Positions 51,350-64,000 of a stretch of 64,000 nucleotides of DNA are shown piece by piece; position 1 is the first letter of the stretch; the number at the start of each line of letters is the position of its first letter. Position numbers and translations under genes: made by a program. The stretch comes from Octopus vulgaris (taxonomy: Eukaryota). The stretch is from positions 6,572,001 to 6,636,000 of the forward strand of contig OX597825.1 in NCBI GenBank assembly GCA_951406725.2. The letters are read 5' to 3'. The notes beneath the pieces were generated by a model. It saw only the letters and a list, made by a program, of their open reading frames with translations. It was not told the DNA's origin and did no database searches.

Positions 51350-51678
51350 CAACTGGTACTCCGTCGGTTACAATGATGATAAGGGTTCTAGTTGATCCGA
51401 TCAATGGAACAGCCTGCTCATGAAATTCACATGCAAGTGGCTGAGCGCTCCACAAACACGTGTGCCCTTAACATAGTTCTCAGGGAGATTCAGTGTGACA
51501 CAGAGAGTGACAAGGCTGGCCCCTTTGAATTACTGGTACAACTCATGTTTGCCAGCTGAGTGGACTGAAGCAACATGAAATAAAGTGTCTTGCTCAAGGA
51601 CACAATGTATCAGCAAGTATTGAATTAACAACCTTATGAGTGTGAGCCAAATACCCTAACCACTATGCCATGCACCTT
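51350..51678 (-). mobile_element. SINE related to family C (different tail)
   Basis: aaataaagtgtcttgctcaaggacacaa and tRNA-head reverse complement ccctaaccactatgccatgc. Confidence 0.75.
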
Positions 51679-52322
51679 CAGACACACACATACATATATA
51701 TAAATACATAACAGAATTAAATTCAGTGACATTGGCATAAGGAGACCATTCACCTTTCTGTAAATATATATTACATCCTAGAACTTTTGCCATTCTTTGG
51801 ACATGCCTTCTTTGGACAAAGGCAAAGTGGCACCATTTCACAGAATATCACTGCAGTAATGAAGTGTTGAAAAATCACAGAAACTCTGCTACAGGGATTA
51901 CTATTTATATACATCATGACTAGACAAGATGTAGGGGTCAGCTTTGGTAGGCTACACAACTATGACATGAAATTCCAGTGCACCTTTCAACTGAAACAAA
52001 ATTTGTATTAATTTTATAAGCAGGTTAGGAAAGATCCCTCGATAATTTGCATGTAAAGGGTAGAGAGTTCCTAGGATCTGAAATATACTCCAACGTCAGT
52101 GACAAAAACCTGTGATAATAGCAGACCTTCATTGAAAAAGAGATTTGCTGCTCTCACCACAGACCATTAGAATCACACAGCAAATATGACCAGAACGAGA
52201 CCAGTGAATTCTTCCCTGAGAAGATCATAAACAAAATGGACCACAACCAACATAATAAATGTAAAACTGAGATGAATATGTCACCATTACAAGAGTGAGC
52301 AGTATCATGAACTAACAAATGT

Positions 52323-52355
<33 letters not shown>

Positions 52356-52718
52356 GCATTTGACTCTGTTCCCGCAAATGTTTGCTAAAGTCCTTGCACT
52401 CGGCAAAAGTACCTACTTACTACCTTAGCCACTGTCACAAGACGTTCAGAAAGATTTGGGCAACAATCTTCACACAACTTAGAGTGGAATGATCGTATCT
52501 GAAGTTGTAAATATTTTAAAAGGAATGTTCAAAAAGAGATGGTATTTCTGTATTTTGTTTTATTTTGGCATTAAATCCATTATTTTTTTCAACAAAACTC
52601 CAATGGCTACATGCTAGGGATTGCAACTGCTAGAGTTACCAATGTAGCTAAGAATTTCTTTGTGGATGACTTAATGATCTACGCTAAAAATGTTTACAAT
52701 ATAAAAAAAACAAAACAA

Positions 52719-53177
52719 TTATTTACATTATTTACATTTGATGGATATTTGTCCTCATCTTGCTTGTTGTTAACACAACGTTTCCGCTGATATACCCTCC
52801 AGCCTTCATCAGGTGTCTTGGGGAAATTTCGAACTTGGGTTCTCATTCCTAAGGTATTTTTCAATACTATTATTATTATTATCATTATTATTATTATTCT
52901 GCCTGGAATCGAACTCAGAATCTTGGGGTTAGTAGCCTGCGCTCTTAACCACTACGCCATATGCCTGTGACCTGAATAATAATAATAACAATAATAATAA
53001 CATCGATAAATTCCTTAGGAATGAGAACACAGGTTTGAAATTTCCCCAAGACACCTTATGAAGGCTGGAGGGTATATCAGCCGAAACATTGTGTTAACAA
53101 CAAACAAGATGAGGACAAATGTCCATCAAATGTAAATAATGTACTTAATTCCTCATCTCTTAAATATGGAACTGTAT
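52719..53177 (-). mobile_element. Palindromic hammerhead/tRNA-head element, copy C
   Basis: Hammerheads at 52772-52817 (-) and 53050-53095 (+, core CTTATGA); tRNA head 52899-52966 (-); approximate TSD tataaaaaa(aa)caaaacaa; inserted just after the LINE RT catalytic motif. Confidence 0.88.
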
Positions 53178-54189
53178 TATAAAAAACAAAACAAAAACAA
53201 AGAAAAAAAGAAACACCTGGAGTTAGTAACAATATTTTCAGCCAATATAGGAATGGAATTTGGCCAAAATACCTGTTTGTGTTTGATTATTGAATGTGGG
53301 AAATCAGTCCCCCAAACCAGAACCTGTGCATCAACGACCTCCCTATCTCTCTCGTTCCACACAAAGGATGCTACAAATATCTAGGCATTGATGGAAAACA
53401 TGCACAAAATTGCTGTGAATAGAAACTGAGTGACCTGAGAATATTACAAGAGATTTAGAAAACTATTTCAGTCAGAATTCTCCTCTTACAATAAGACAAT
53501 ATCCCACAATGCATTTCCAATACCAGTGCTGATACCAACATAGACTACACACAGGATCCTGACCTCATCTGGAAACTTCCACAGAAACAATGATATCAAT
53601 ATTGTAAATGGACTACAGGTGCCTGCCTTATAGTCACTCTCAGGGGGCACCTGCTAAAGAATGGCAGCGAAAATAAATATATAAACCCAGAACTAAAAAG
53701 GGAAGTGAACAACATCCTGTGCATCAGCAGTGAATTCCTCAGGAAGTATTCTCTCCCTGACGACCTCCCATGCAATCCTAAAACAGCTAGACTAACCTCG
53801 ATGAAGGCCTGGATATCAAATGCTCACCATACCAAAAGATGACTATGCATGGGTATGTTTTCCAAAGACTTGAGAACAATACTAATATTGACGTGAGGTG
53901 CTGGTTTTCTTGGATATGCAGCTGCTCTCACATCACACTTCAAAGGGGATGCATTTGCAACCCAAGAACAAGAGATTGCTACTAAATACTTAATGAACAA
54001 AAGACAGTGAAGCCCACACAGCCCCAAGATACAATCGATAAAGTAAATTAAGTCATATTTTTGTGGAAGACATCAACACCTGCACAAAAATGTCATGAAG
54101 GTATTCTCTATGCGACATGATGTTTTCACTAAAATAATATTACAAAACCAACCAAAAAACGACTGTTCTGGGATAAAAACAGAGAATCG

Positions 54190-54441
54190 GCCCGGCACGT
54201 AAAAAGCGCCAACCGTCATGGCCTCTGCCAGCTTCCCCTGGCACCTGTGCCAGTGGCATGTAAAAAGCACCCACTACACTCACAGAGTGGTTGGCGTTAG
54301 GAAGGGCATCCAGCTGTAGAAACACTGCCAGATCAGACTGGAGCCTGGTGCAGCCTCCTGGCTTCCCAGACCCCAGTCGAACCGTCCAACCCGTGCTAGC
54401 ACGGAAAACGGACGTTAAACGATGATGATGATGATGATGAT
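54190..54441 (+). mobile_element. SINE family D, young
   Basis: CpG-intact 3' body and (GAT)n tail. Confidence 0.85.
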
Positions 54442-54993
54442 ACACAAACTTCAATACGAGGAATATTGGTGAAACATTTTCATAAAAATTAAAACCAAGT
54501 GCAAACATAACAGGGCAGATATCTTTGTTTGGGACACAGAAAAATTATGTACCATAGTAGAGGTCAGCTGTCTTGCTGGTGTGAATATCACTTCGAAGAT
54601 CAATCAAAGGGAAAGAAGATAACTATGAAGAACTGCTTTGAAACCTTCAGCTTCTACATCCAGATTATAAATTCACATTTATGCCAAAAATAATTGGTGC
54701 ACATAGTTATGTTAGTAAATGTGTAAGTGACAATTTGGGAAAATTAGGGTTTCGGGGGAAAAGAAACCAACCGGCTAACATGCGTATTACAAATACAGTC
54801 TGTAAGTGGAACAATAAAAATATGCAAGACATTTCTCAATCTCAGGATGTGAATTTGTTTTTGCTACCTACATCCCATCCATGAAACTTTGTATCTTTGT
54901 GAAAACCCAGCTCCTTCTTTAAAGGAGGACTTCAAATAATTCAAAATAGAAGAGAACACGTACACACACATATATATGTATATACACACACAT

Positions 54994-55038
<45 letters not shown>

Positions 55039-55045
55039 CACACAT

Positions 55046-55916
55046 ACATGGTTTATCGTCTTTCAAAAGAAAGTAAGAAAATGGAGATATAACATTTAGT
55101 AAAATTTTATCTGCAAACAGCTGTTTCAATTAAGCTTAATAGATTAAATAGCAATTATTAAAATCATTATATTAAGCAAAATCTCTTCAAAGAAGTAGAA
55201 AAAAGATATACCATTATGTTTTTAAGCATTGTATTTTAGAATCAGCAAATACAACCCTTACAAAACCTAATGGTATATCTTCTTTCTACTTCTTTGAAGA
55301 GATTTTGCTTAATATAATGATTTTAATAATTGCTATTTAATCTATTAGGCTTAATTGAAACAGCTGTTAAGAATTATGTTTGATTTTTGCAGATAATACA
55401 TTTTTATCAAATCTTATATCTCCATTATTTACACTATTTACATTTGATGGCTATTTGTCCTCATCTTGTTTATTAACACGTTTCGGCTGATATACCTTCC
55501 AGACTTCATCAGGTGTCTTAAGGAATTTTCAAACCTGGGTTCTCATTTCTAAGGTACTTTTTGAAGTTATTATTATTATTATCATTATTCAGGTCACTAC
55601 CTGGAATCGAACTCAGAATCTTGAGGTTAGTAGCCCGTGCTCTTAACCACTATGCCATATGACTTGAATAATAATAATGATAATGCCATCGAAAAATACG
55701 TTAGGAATGATAACACAGGCTCAAAATTTCCCCAAGACACCTGATGAAGGCTGGAGGGTATATCAGCCAAAACGTGTTAACAACAAACAAGACGAGGACA
55801 AATATCCGTCAAATGTAAATAATGTAAATAATGTACATAATTCCTCATCTCTTAAATATTGGAACTGTGTTACATCTCCATTTTCTTTGTTTCTTTTGAA
55901 TGATTATAAACCATGA
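55046..55916. repeat. Long AT-rich fold-back (~190-bp arms), right arm interrupted by hammerhead element copy D
   Basis: 55046-55236 is the reverse complement of 55248-55426 plus 55883-55916. Confidence 0.85.
55427..55869 (-). mobile_element. Palindromic hammerhead/tRNA-head element, copy D, with 13-bp TSD
   Basis: TSD tta(t/c)atctccatt at 55414-55426 and 55870-55882; hammerhead arms at ~55475-55517 (-) and 55736-55778 (+); tRNA head 55592-55661 (-). Confidence 0.88.
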
Positions 55917-56259
55917 ATTATATATAAACCTATTGTTTTATGAATATTATTATTCACAACAACTATTAGGTCTTAAACCAGTAATTCATTGGATGATAAC
56001 ATCATTTAATGAGACTAATTTAACCGCTAATTGAATTTATGTATACATAGACAATTTTATTCTTGTGAGAGAGAGATAGGGTAAAGACCAACTGAGACAA
56101 TAAACCTGTGTAATACCAATAAGAGCTGTCTTGGTTCTTGAAGAACTCTCCAACCCAAGCATGAAAGGCAAGTGGACTGACCCAACCTATAACTTGGTTT
56201 ACCAACTCAATTTACCTCATCACCATTTCCTTCCTTCAAACTAATCCCTAATATAACCC

Positions 56260-56436
56260 TACACACTCCGTAAAGTGGTTAAGTTTTTTGGATGGGCATC
56301 CAGCAACAGAAGACATGCCAAATGGAGACACTGGAGCAAAACGGGGGCCTCTAGCCTGTTGGATACTGTTGCAGTGTCTAACCCATGCCAGCATGGACAA
56401 TTGATATAAAATGATGAGGATGATGATGATGATGAT
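56260..56436 (+). mobile_element. SINE family D, diverged
   Basis: gggcatccagc...aacccatgccagcatgga...(gat)n. Confidence 0.7.
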
Positions 56437-57783
56437 ACATGGACATAGATATATACACACACACATTACTTGTAGGTGCAATCTGACTAAATGGCTAAGA
56501 ATTTTACTTTGCAACTACAAGAAACTGGGCCCAATCTAACTGCATGCAGCTTGGTCAAAGCTCATTTCAAAGAGTACAAGTCAATCGGTTTCACTGTGAG
56601 TGAAATTGGACAGATGGAAACTATACAGAAGCTCATCAGTTGGATGTATCCGTAATTGAAAAGGTACAGGCTTGACAAAAAACAATGTGTCAAACTGATT
56701 TGGGCAGTGAATGTGGCTGATTCTGGTGGTGAATAATGATAAGGCTACGCATTTCTGTGGAATGCTCAATCATATTGACGGTAATTCAGGACCAAGAATT
56801 CCAGTTGATTGACTAATTGGATCGTTATTGTCAAATGATGGTGATCCATGACCCCCACCTTCACCACCACTAATACCACATGTATAGATGTTGTTTTCTT
56901 TTTCTTGTTTCTTTCTGAGCCACAAATTCATGAAGCTATCAGCAAGACTCTTGAAATAAGATGGGTATTTAAAACAGGTAGAGATTAACACTGTTCAGAT
57001 ACAACAACAACACACACACTCACACATACATTATACTTTTATAAGAAGAGGGGTGACAGTGATTTCAAAGTTTTGGCCTGCTATCCTTCACTAGATAGTG
57101 GTACACTTGAGTTCTTCTTGGCTTTGTATAATCTCTGGTAAGTTGTTTTTCTGGGGTAGGTGGAGCTATGTGAAATGATAATTAAGTTTGGGTGCATGTA
57201 CACCTGAAAAGTAGATGTAAATAGTGTGATAGGGAAAGGTAGGAGGCAAGTATTTTTATAGGATGAGTGCTGATGGAAAGATATTACTGGGAGATTTTAT
57301 TGTTTGAAGTGGGAGTTGCATAACTGTTCAGAGTTCAGTCAAGCATTAAATAACTTTTTAATCAGACACATTTACTTTAGATGTGTCAGATTCAGACCAG
57401 GAGACTTTTAGTATAGAGATTTGGTTATGGTTGTGTTTTAGGGTTCACAAAGATTGTCAGTAGATGAAAGGTTAGCAAGCCAGCAGATGTCCAACTGAAG
57501 TTTGCTTCTGATGTTATTCGATATCTATTTCAAGAATTTAACCTGTGTTTTACGGAAAGTAAAGATTAAAAGAATATGTTACTATAAGTATTTATTAAGG
57601 TATTCAATTCATTTTCCACCTTGGTTATTTGCATTCATAGTTATAATATATATATATATATAGATGCATATCTTTGTAAATATGATTGTGTATGGAGATA
57701 TATGCATGGTTAGGCATTTAAATGCTTATATATGTATACTCAAATTTGCATATATGCAGATTGATACATGTTTGTGTGACTAA

Positions 57784-57891
<108 letters not shown>

Positions 57892-57950
57892 TTATAAATG
57901 TACTTGGAAATGGATGCGTGGCATTCGATCATATAATAACATAAGTAATA

Positions 57951-58226
57951 TATAAACATATGCATATATACATACATATATGTACATACCTACATCTATA
58001 TGTATATATACATGCATATATGGGTACAGGACACCAAAAAACGTTGAACACAATGAGAAACGAAAACTTAAAAACAAAAACATGGAAACAAACTTTTTCG
58101 TTTTTATGTTTTCGTTTCTCATTGTGTTCAACGTTTGTTTTGGCGTCCTGTACCCATATATGCATGTATATATACATATAGATGTAGGTATGTACATATA
58201 TGTATGTATATATGCATATGTTTATA
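57951..58226. repeat. Near-perfect inverted repeat (~130-bp arms, 13-nt loop)
   Basis: 57951-58080 (…gggtacaggacaccaaaaaacgttgaacacaatgagaaacgaaaac…) is mirrored at 58094-58226. Confidence 0.92.
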
Positions 58227-58339
58227 AATGTATGTATATTCATATATGGGTGTATGCACACATTCTATGATACTGTATGTTTGTATGTTTATATAAGTCA
58301 AAAATAATTCATGATGTTTATGGCTGTATAATATTGAAA

Positions 58340-58875
58340 ACTGCTACAAAGACAAAAGATGTCTTAGATAGTGGCATCAGACAACTAAATGAGGTTATGA
58401 AGGTCATGGAGAGAGAGTCATAGTACACAATTTATCTGTAACAGAGTAGGCTTAGATTAGATGTAGATAAGCTTTGTCTTTAGAAGAGGTGTAATAGATG
58501 CAATCTTTATAGTGAGGCAAGTGTAGGAGAAATACCTGGCTAAGAATAAACTACTATTGCAGACTTTTGTTGATCTGGAAAAAGTATTGGACAGAGTACA
58601 ACACTCAGTAATTTGGTGGTCGTTGAGGAAACTTGGTGTAAATGAAAGGCTTGTGGGGGCTGTACATGCTATGTACAAAGATGCAGTAAGTAAAGTCAGC
58701 AAAACTTTCAGTGACAAATTCAGTGTGAAAGTAGGAGTTCATCAAGGCTGATTCCTCAGACCCCCTCCTACTCCTCAGAGTCCTACAGGTTATCATAGAG
58801 ATGTTTAAGACTAGCCATCCAAGAGAACACCTGTAAGCTGATGACTTAATTGTCATGGCTGAATCTAGAAGAGAA
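58340..58875 (+). pseudogene. RTE-clade RT fragment
   Basis: ORF 58557-58751 FVDLEKVLDRV..VIWWSLRKLGV...FSVKVGVHQG, then *ADDL; homologous to 49540-50070. Confidence 0.8.
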
Positions 58876-59092
58876 TTGGTGCAATCTCCACATATTAATG
58901 GTATTTTTTTTTTTATATCAAGTGATGGTTTGAATTACCTTTACAAAAAACATGGTAGATTATACTAATAAATGAAAAGGAACCAACACTTAAGAAAAAA
59001 AACAACAGATTCTTAAATATAGGGACCACACCATCACTTCCAACACATCACTGGCGTATTAAATACGTAAAATAGGGTAAAGATACCCTTTG

Positions 59093-59510
59093 GGGCCTGA
59101 ACCTAAAATTATGTGGTCAGGAAACAAATTTCTTAACCACATAGCTATGCCTGCTCCCACTATTGGTAAAGGATAAAAAAACCCATTCAGTCATGAATGA
59201 CCATGGGATTGCACCTAGAAAGTTCCTCTCCAAAGCACAAGTCTGGGCAAAGTTGTTTATGGAAGACCAGCACTCACCCATGCATACCAGCCTCCTCTTT
59301 CAATGCCACTGATATTATCCAAGGAGAAGGCAAAGGCAGAGAATGGTTTGGCACCAGTCATGTCACAATTCATTTCTAGAGCTGACTGAACTGGAGCAAT
59401 GTGAAATAAAGTGTCTTGCTCAAGAACACAATGCACAGCCTGGTCTGGGAACTGAAATCATTACCTCATGATTCTGATCCCAATACTCTAACCACTGAGC
59501 TATGCACCTT
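59093..59510 (-). mobile_element. SINE family C joined to a family B head
   Basis: Same composite as 38827-39223. Confidence 0.8.
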
Positions 59511-59715
59511 AAATACATGTGTGTGTGTGTGTGTAATTCAATCCATACCACTGGATATTATAAACAAGATAGAGGACTATATACACACATGAACTGGCCT
59601 ATACATGTATACACAGTCTAGTCAAAAAGACAGAAACACTAACTGCAAAATAAATACATAAAAGATTTAAAGCAAAACCTCTTTTACCATCCACACCTTT
59701 CACAAACTCCATGCA

Positions 59716-59747
<32 letters not shown>

Positions 59748-60449
59748 TCTCTCCACTGTAGTTACTCAAAGATCCAACTTTACCACACAAATGTGCATCC
59801 ATGCACACACATACACACCAGAGCACACACATGTATGAATGTGCACTCAACTACACACTCTCCTTCTCACATGCATTTACACTCCCAGCCATACGACTAT
59901 ATAAATACAGAACCTACAAAATGAGGGAGAATCAGACCTGAAGCAGCCCTGGAGAAGAGAGGGCAGTGATGAGGTTGTGAATGGGGCTGAGAGGACTTTC
60001 ACTAACCCCACTGATTGATGAACCATATAATTAATTAAACAATCAATAAGTTAATCAGGTATATAGTTAACCAATTGACAAATGAATAACAAAGAAGTGA
60101 AACACAATCAGTGTGTGTATTTGTTATTGGCAAAAATAATCTTTCTGAGATTGAACAAAATAATAAAATTATTAGAATAGTGATACAAAAAAGTTGAAAA
60201 TTGAAATGGGAATTATTTAGATAAATGGATGATCAATATTCCGAAAAGTAGTTGGTTCTTTCACAAAGGTAAAAAAGGATTGTAGGAAGATGAGCTTGGG
60301 GGGATTTGGGATCAAAAGGAGTAACAATGAGGGCTGAAATACAATAAATAGAAATATATAACTAATTTTATAATCACCAGCTAAATGGTTTCTTTAAAAG
60401 GGTTTTATTAAATTGGTGTGAACAACAAATTAACAACTTATTATGTTTA

Positions 60450-60753
60450 TTTACGTGGCCTTTCCATCTGAACGTGGCCGATGCCAGCGCCGCCTTGGCT
60501 GGCTTCCGTGCTGGTGGCACGTTAAAAGCACCAACCGATTGTGGCCGATGCCGGACACCCCTGGCATCTGTGCAGGTGGCAAGTAAAAAGCACCCACTAC
60601 ACTCGCGGAGTGGTTGGCGTTAGGAAGGGCATCCAGCTGTAGAAACTCTGCCAGATCAGACTGGAGCCTGGTGCAGCCCCTGGCTTCCCAGACCCCGTCG
60701 AACCGTCCAACCCGTGCTAGCACGGAAAACGGACGTTAAATGATGATGATGAT
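60450..60753 (+). mobile_element. SINE family D, young
   Basis: Two internal units, conserved body, (GAT)n tail. Confidence 0.85.
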
Positions 60754-60788
60754 TAGTCCTAACTTACATTTTAAAATTTCAAAGCCTC

Positions 60789-61068
60789 TGTAGCATAACT
60801 GATATTCTCATTGTTTGAGAGACATATTAGGAATGATCTCATGCTAGATAGCAACCATCTTGGGCTAGTTTGACCCTGTTGTGTCCACTGCTCTGATTGG
60901 TTGGCATTTGGCGCAGTTTGTCTTTGGACTTATTTAGAGGCCAGTGTGTAAGCCAAGCAATCAGAGCAGTGGACACAACAGGGTCAAACTGGCCCAAGAT
61001 GGTTGTTATCTAGCACGAGATCATTCCTAATATGTCTCTCAAACAGTGAGGATATCAGTTACACTACA
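60789..61068. mobile_element. Fold-back MITE with TGT...ACA ends and 4-bp TSD (Ginger-like)
   Basis: 117-bp inverted arms at 60789-60905 and 60952-61068; CCTC duplicated at 60785-60788 and 61069-61072. Confidence 0.8.
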
Positions 61069-61842
61069 CCTCCATGTAACATAAATTACGACTGCACAAA
61101 CCTACTTTATATGAAAGCGCTGTCTGTAAAATTGACCATGAAATAGAGTGATCAACATTTCACTCTTTGGGGTTCCAAATATATTTTGTGAGGGATGTAT
61201 AATGCAAACTGCGCCTGTTATTGAAAGAGAATATGCAGTTACTCAATCTAAATTTTAATGCTATAGCACCAATATTGCAATACACTTTATTGGGTGTGGG
61301 GACAGAACATAACATATGTCCACAATATTTGTCACTGGTTACTCAAAATTCAATTATATCAATTCTTACAGTTACACATGATATCAGGTTTACTAATTGT
61401 ATTGTTACTAAAGCTAGTATCATAAAGTAGCACAGAATCAACAGCAATAGATCGAGATGTATTATTAACAGAGGAATTAGAGACAGATGAATAACTATAT
61501 TAATTAAACATACACATAGTTTCTTATTATCACTAGTGGCTATATTATCAACTAAGTTAGGTAAAGTGGAATATGAGAATTTAATGGTGTGCCTGTTCAA
61601 TAATTTACAATATTTACTTGAGCTGGGAAAGTGACTTTCCATTGCTTGGAAAAAAATTACCGTAATATCTATGGCCATTTGAAGTTTGAAGGAGGTAATT
61701 TCACTGTAAAGTAATTAGCATATATAACCTATTTGTCCCTTTGTTATTGTGAAGAACAATCTGACTCAACAGAGAAAAAGTTTTTCCATTACTGTTATAT
61801 TAGCTATGATTGTCACACAATAAACTAATAAAATAATAATAA

Positions 61843-62033
61843 TCCTTTCTGCTGTAGGTACAGGGCTTAAAATATGGAGGGAGAAGGCTAGTTGGTAACA
61901 TGAACCCCATTGTCTGACTGGTACTATTTTTATTGACCCTGAGCTTTTTGGAATTTGAACTCTGAATGTAAAGACAGATGAAATGTCGCTAAGCATTCTG
62001 TTTGAAGTTCAAATGGTTCTGTGAGCTCACCAC
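61843..62033 (-). mobile_element. SINE family A, diverged
   Basis: ctggtactattttttattgaccc...ggaatttgaactc. Confidence 0.7.
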
Positions 62034-63000
62034 ACTGATAGTAGTTGTAGTAGTAGTAGAAATAGTAGTAGTAGTCTATCTTTAATTAGTCACAAAGGCT
62101 TGAAGAAATACAAAAATATGAAACTTTTTCTTTAAGTGCTACAAAATAAAGTGGAGTTAAAAGATAAATTTCTAAAGATAAAAAAAGGAGGGGGTAGAGA
62201 AATATACAGTATATGAATGGACAGATTAAGATTTTAAATAAATATATATATATATATATCAATGAAAATAAAATATAAACATACAATTAAGCTAATGACA
62301 ATTGAACCACGATGTAATTAAAAAGAAAACAAAGTGAAAGATTAGGTTGGGTTTGAACACTCAACAATCTAATCCATTATGAATTAATCCTGATTATAAG
62401 TGCAACCGAATGCAACAGTATGCATTTTTTTGAGATATTTAATGTTGAAAGACTCTATCTTCAAGATATACTCTTTTAAGATTCATTCCCCTCCCCTCCA
62501 CTCTCATTGTGTGAGTGTGTGCGTGTTATGGATGCAGGAATAATTTTTTTTTGATCAAGAAGCTCACTTCCAAACCATGTTGATTTTTGTTTCACCCCTC
62601 TTTGCACAGGACCCTGGGCAATTGTATATTATTACAGTCTAGTCCTGGCCAAAACTTTTGAGTGGATTTAATAGACAGAAACTGAAAGAATCCCATTGTA
62701 TGCATTTGTTTTTGAGTTTCTGTTTACATGTTCTTTGAATATCAATCTATAAGCAGCAAGGCTCTTGCCATTTCTCTGGTCAACAAAATCGTCTGCTGGC
62801 TTTGCATCTTTGAAGACATGTGAGATACAAGATCCTTACTTGAAAAACAGGCAAGTGTTAGAGACAGCAAGGGCATCTGGCTATAAAATAAGGCCTTGAA
62901 AATACAGTCATCTAACCCATGCTAGCATGAAATAATGGACGTAAAACAAATGAAAAAATATAGACAGTGTACACACACACACATCGACACAAAAGAATAA

Positions 63001-63417
63001 TTACTCTTTTACTTGTTTCATTCATTTGACTGTGGCCATGCTGGAGCACTGCCTTTAGTCGAGCAAATTGACTCAAGGACTTATTCTTTGTAAGCCTAGT
63101 ACTTATTCTATCAGTCTCTTTGCCGAACCACTAAGTTATGGGGACGTAAACACACCAGCATCAGTTGTCAAGCGATGTTGAGGTGGGGAGGACAAACACA
63201 GACACACACACACACACACATATATTATTCATATATGTAATATATATTATTCAAAAAAATTCAACTCTATTTTTTATGTTTTATTTATATTCTTTATAAT
63301 ATTAATGAAGAATATAGAATATATAGTATAAATAGTATATATATAATAAAATGAAATGAAGTATTGATTGTCTTATTGAATTGATGAACTATTGAATATA
63401 TTGAATATGAAGGGATA

Positions 63418-63489
<72 letters not shown>

Positions 63490-63746
63490 CTGGTCACAAT
63501 GCGCTCGCATTGCTTTAGCCTTCAAATGATGCCACCCACTGGCTAAGTGAGCAAGCCAACAGAAGAAAGAGTGAGAGAAAGTTGTGGTGAAAGAGTACAG
63601 CAGGGTTCACCAGCACCCCCTGCCAGAGCCTCGTGGAGCTTTACGTGTTTTCGCTCAATAAACACTCACAACGCCTGGTCTGGGAATCGAAACCGCAATC
63701 CTACGACCGCGAGTTCGCTGCCCTAACCACTGGGCCATTGCGCCTC

Positions 63747-63779
<33 letters not shown>

Positions 63780-63925
63780 GACGGGCTTCTTTCAGTTTCA
63801 TCTACCAAATTCACTCACAGGGATTTGGTCGGCCTGAAACTAGAGTAGAAGACACTTGCCCAAGGTGCCGTGCAGTGGGACTGAACCCGGAACCATGTAG
63901 TTGGTAAGCAAGCTACTTACCACAC
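63001..63925 (-). mobile_element. SINE family B whose internal microsatellite hosts further insertions
   Basis: Tail at 63001-63205 and head at 63780-63925; AT-rich block, (TA)n and another SINE between them. Confidence 0.8.
63489..63746 (-). mobile_element. tRNA-derived SINE of a further family
   Basis: Minus strand ggaggcgcaatggcccagtggttagggc (A-box)...ggtttcgattccc (B-box). Confidence 0.8.
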
Positions 63926-64000
63926 CTATTTATAAATATATTATATCTCGATTTATCGTAAATCTAAAGTATTCCACTTTAATACATGTGTCTCTCTGCG

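Larger units (their letters stand above)
51860..54845 (+). mobile_element. Decayed R4/Dong-type non-LTR retrotransposon with nested insertions
   Basis: FFVDDL..YAK (~52656), IGMEFG, YKYLG, AFATQEQEIATKYL (~53950), HNRADIFVWD..IVEVSC (RLE domain, ~54506). Confidence 0.75.
60380..61745 (-). mobile_element. Decayed Penelope-like (Neptune-type) 3' region with GIY-YIG remnant and nested insertions
   Basis: HFPSSSKYCKLLNRHTIKFSYSTLPN (ORF 61343-61678); then KVYCNIG..KFRLSNC..SF..TSLTKYIW and ISWSILQTA.SYKVG..CSRNLCYME up to the MITE. Confidence 0.7.

Overview
This is AT-rich, microsatellite-laden eukaryotic DNA. The SINE repertoire and composition look like a coleoid cephalopod (Octopus-like); this is an inference from recognising the repeat families. 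No long intact gene is present, and almost all ORF-track entries are simple-repeat or decayed-TE artefacts. The window is a nested patchwork of: at least four SINE families; decayed LINEs (RTE, R4/Dong-type, Hero-type); Penelope-like (Neptune-type RT + GIY-YIG) remnants; two mariner fossils; a non-autonomous Helitron; and MITEs of piggyBac-, Kolobok-, Tc2- and Ginger-like type. A few small minus-strand exon candidates may be the 3' end of a host gene. The most notable system is a short palindromic element (about 370-460 bp) present in four copies. It has a tRNA-derived Pol III head between two inverted arms, each carrying a minimal type-I hammerhead ribozyme motif, and three copies have target-site duplications. 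It looks like a hammerhead-bearing SINE mobilised by Penelope-like elements. At least three other unrelated fold-backs here carry degenerate hammerhead motifs. Coordinates were read by eye; repeat boundaries are approximate.
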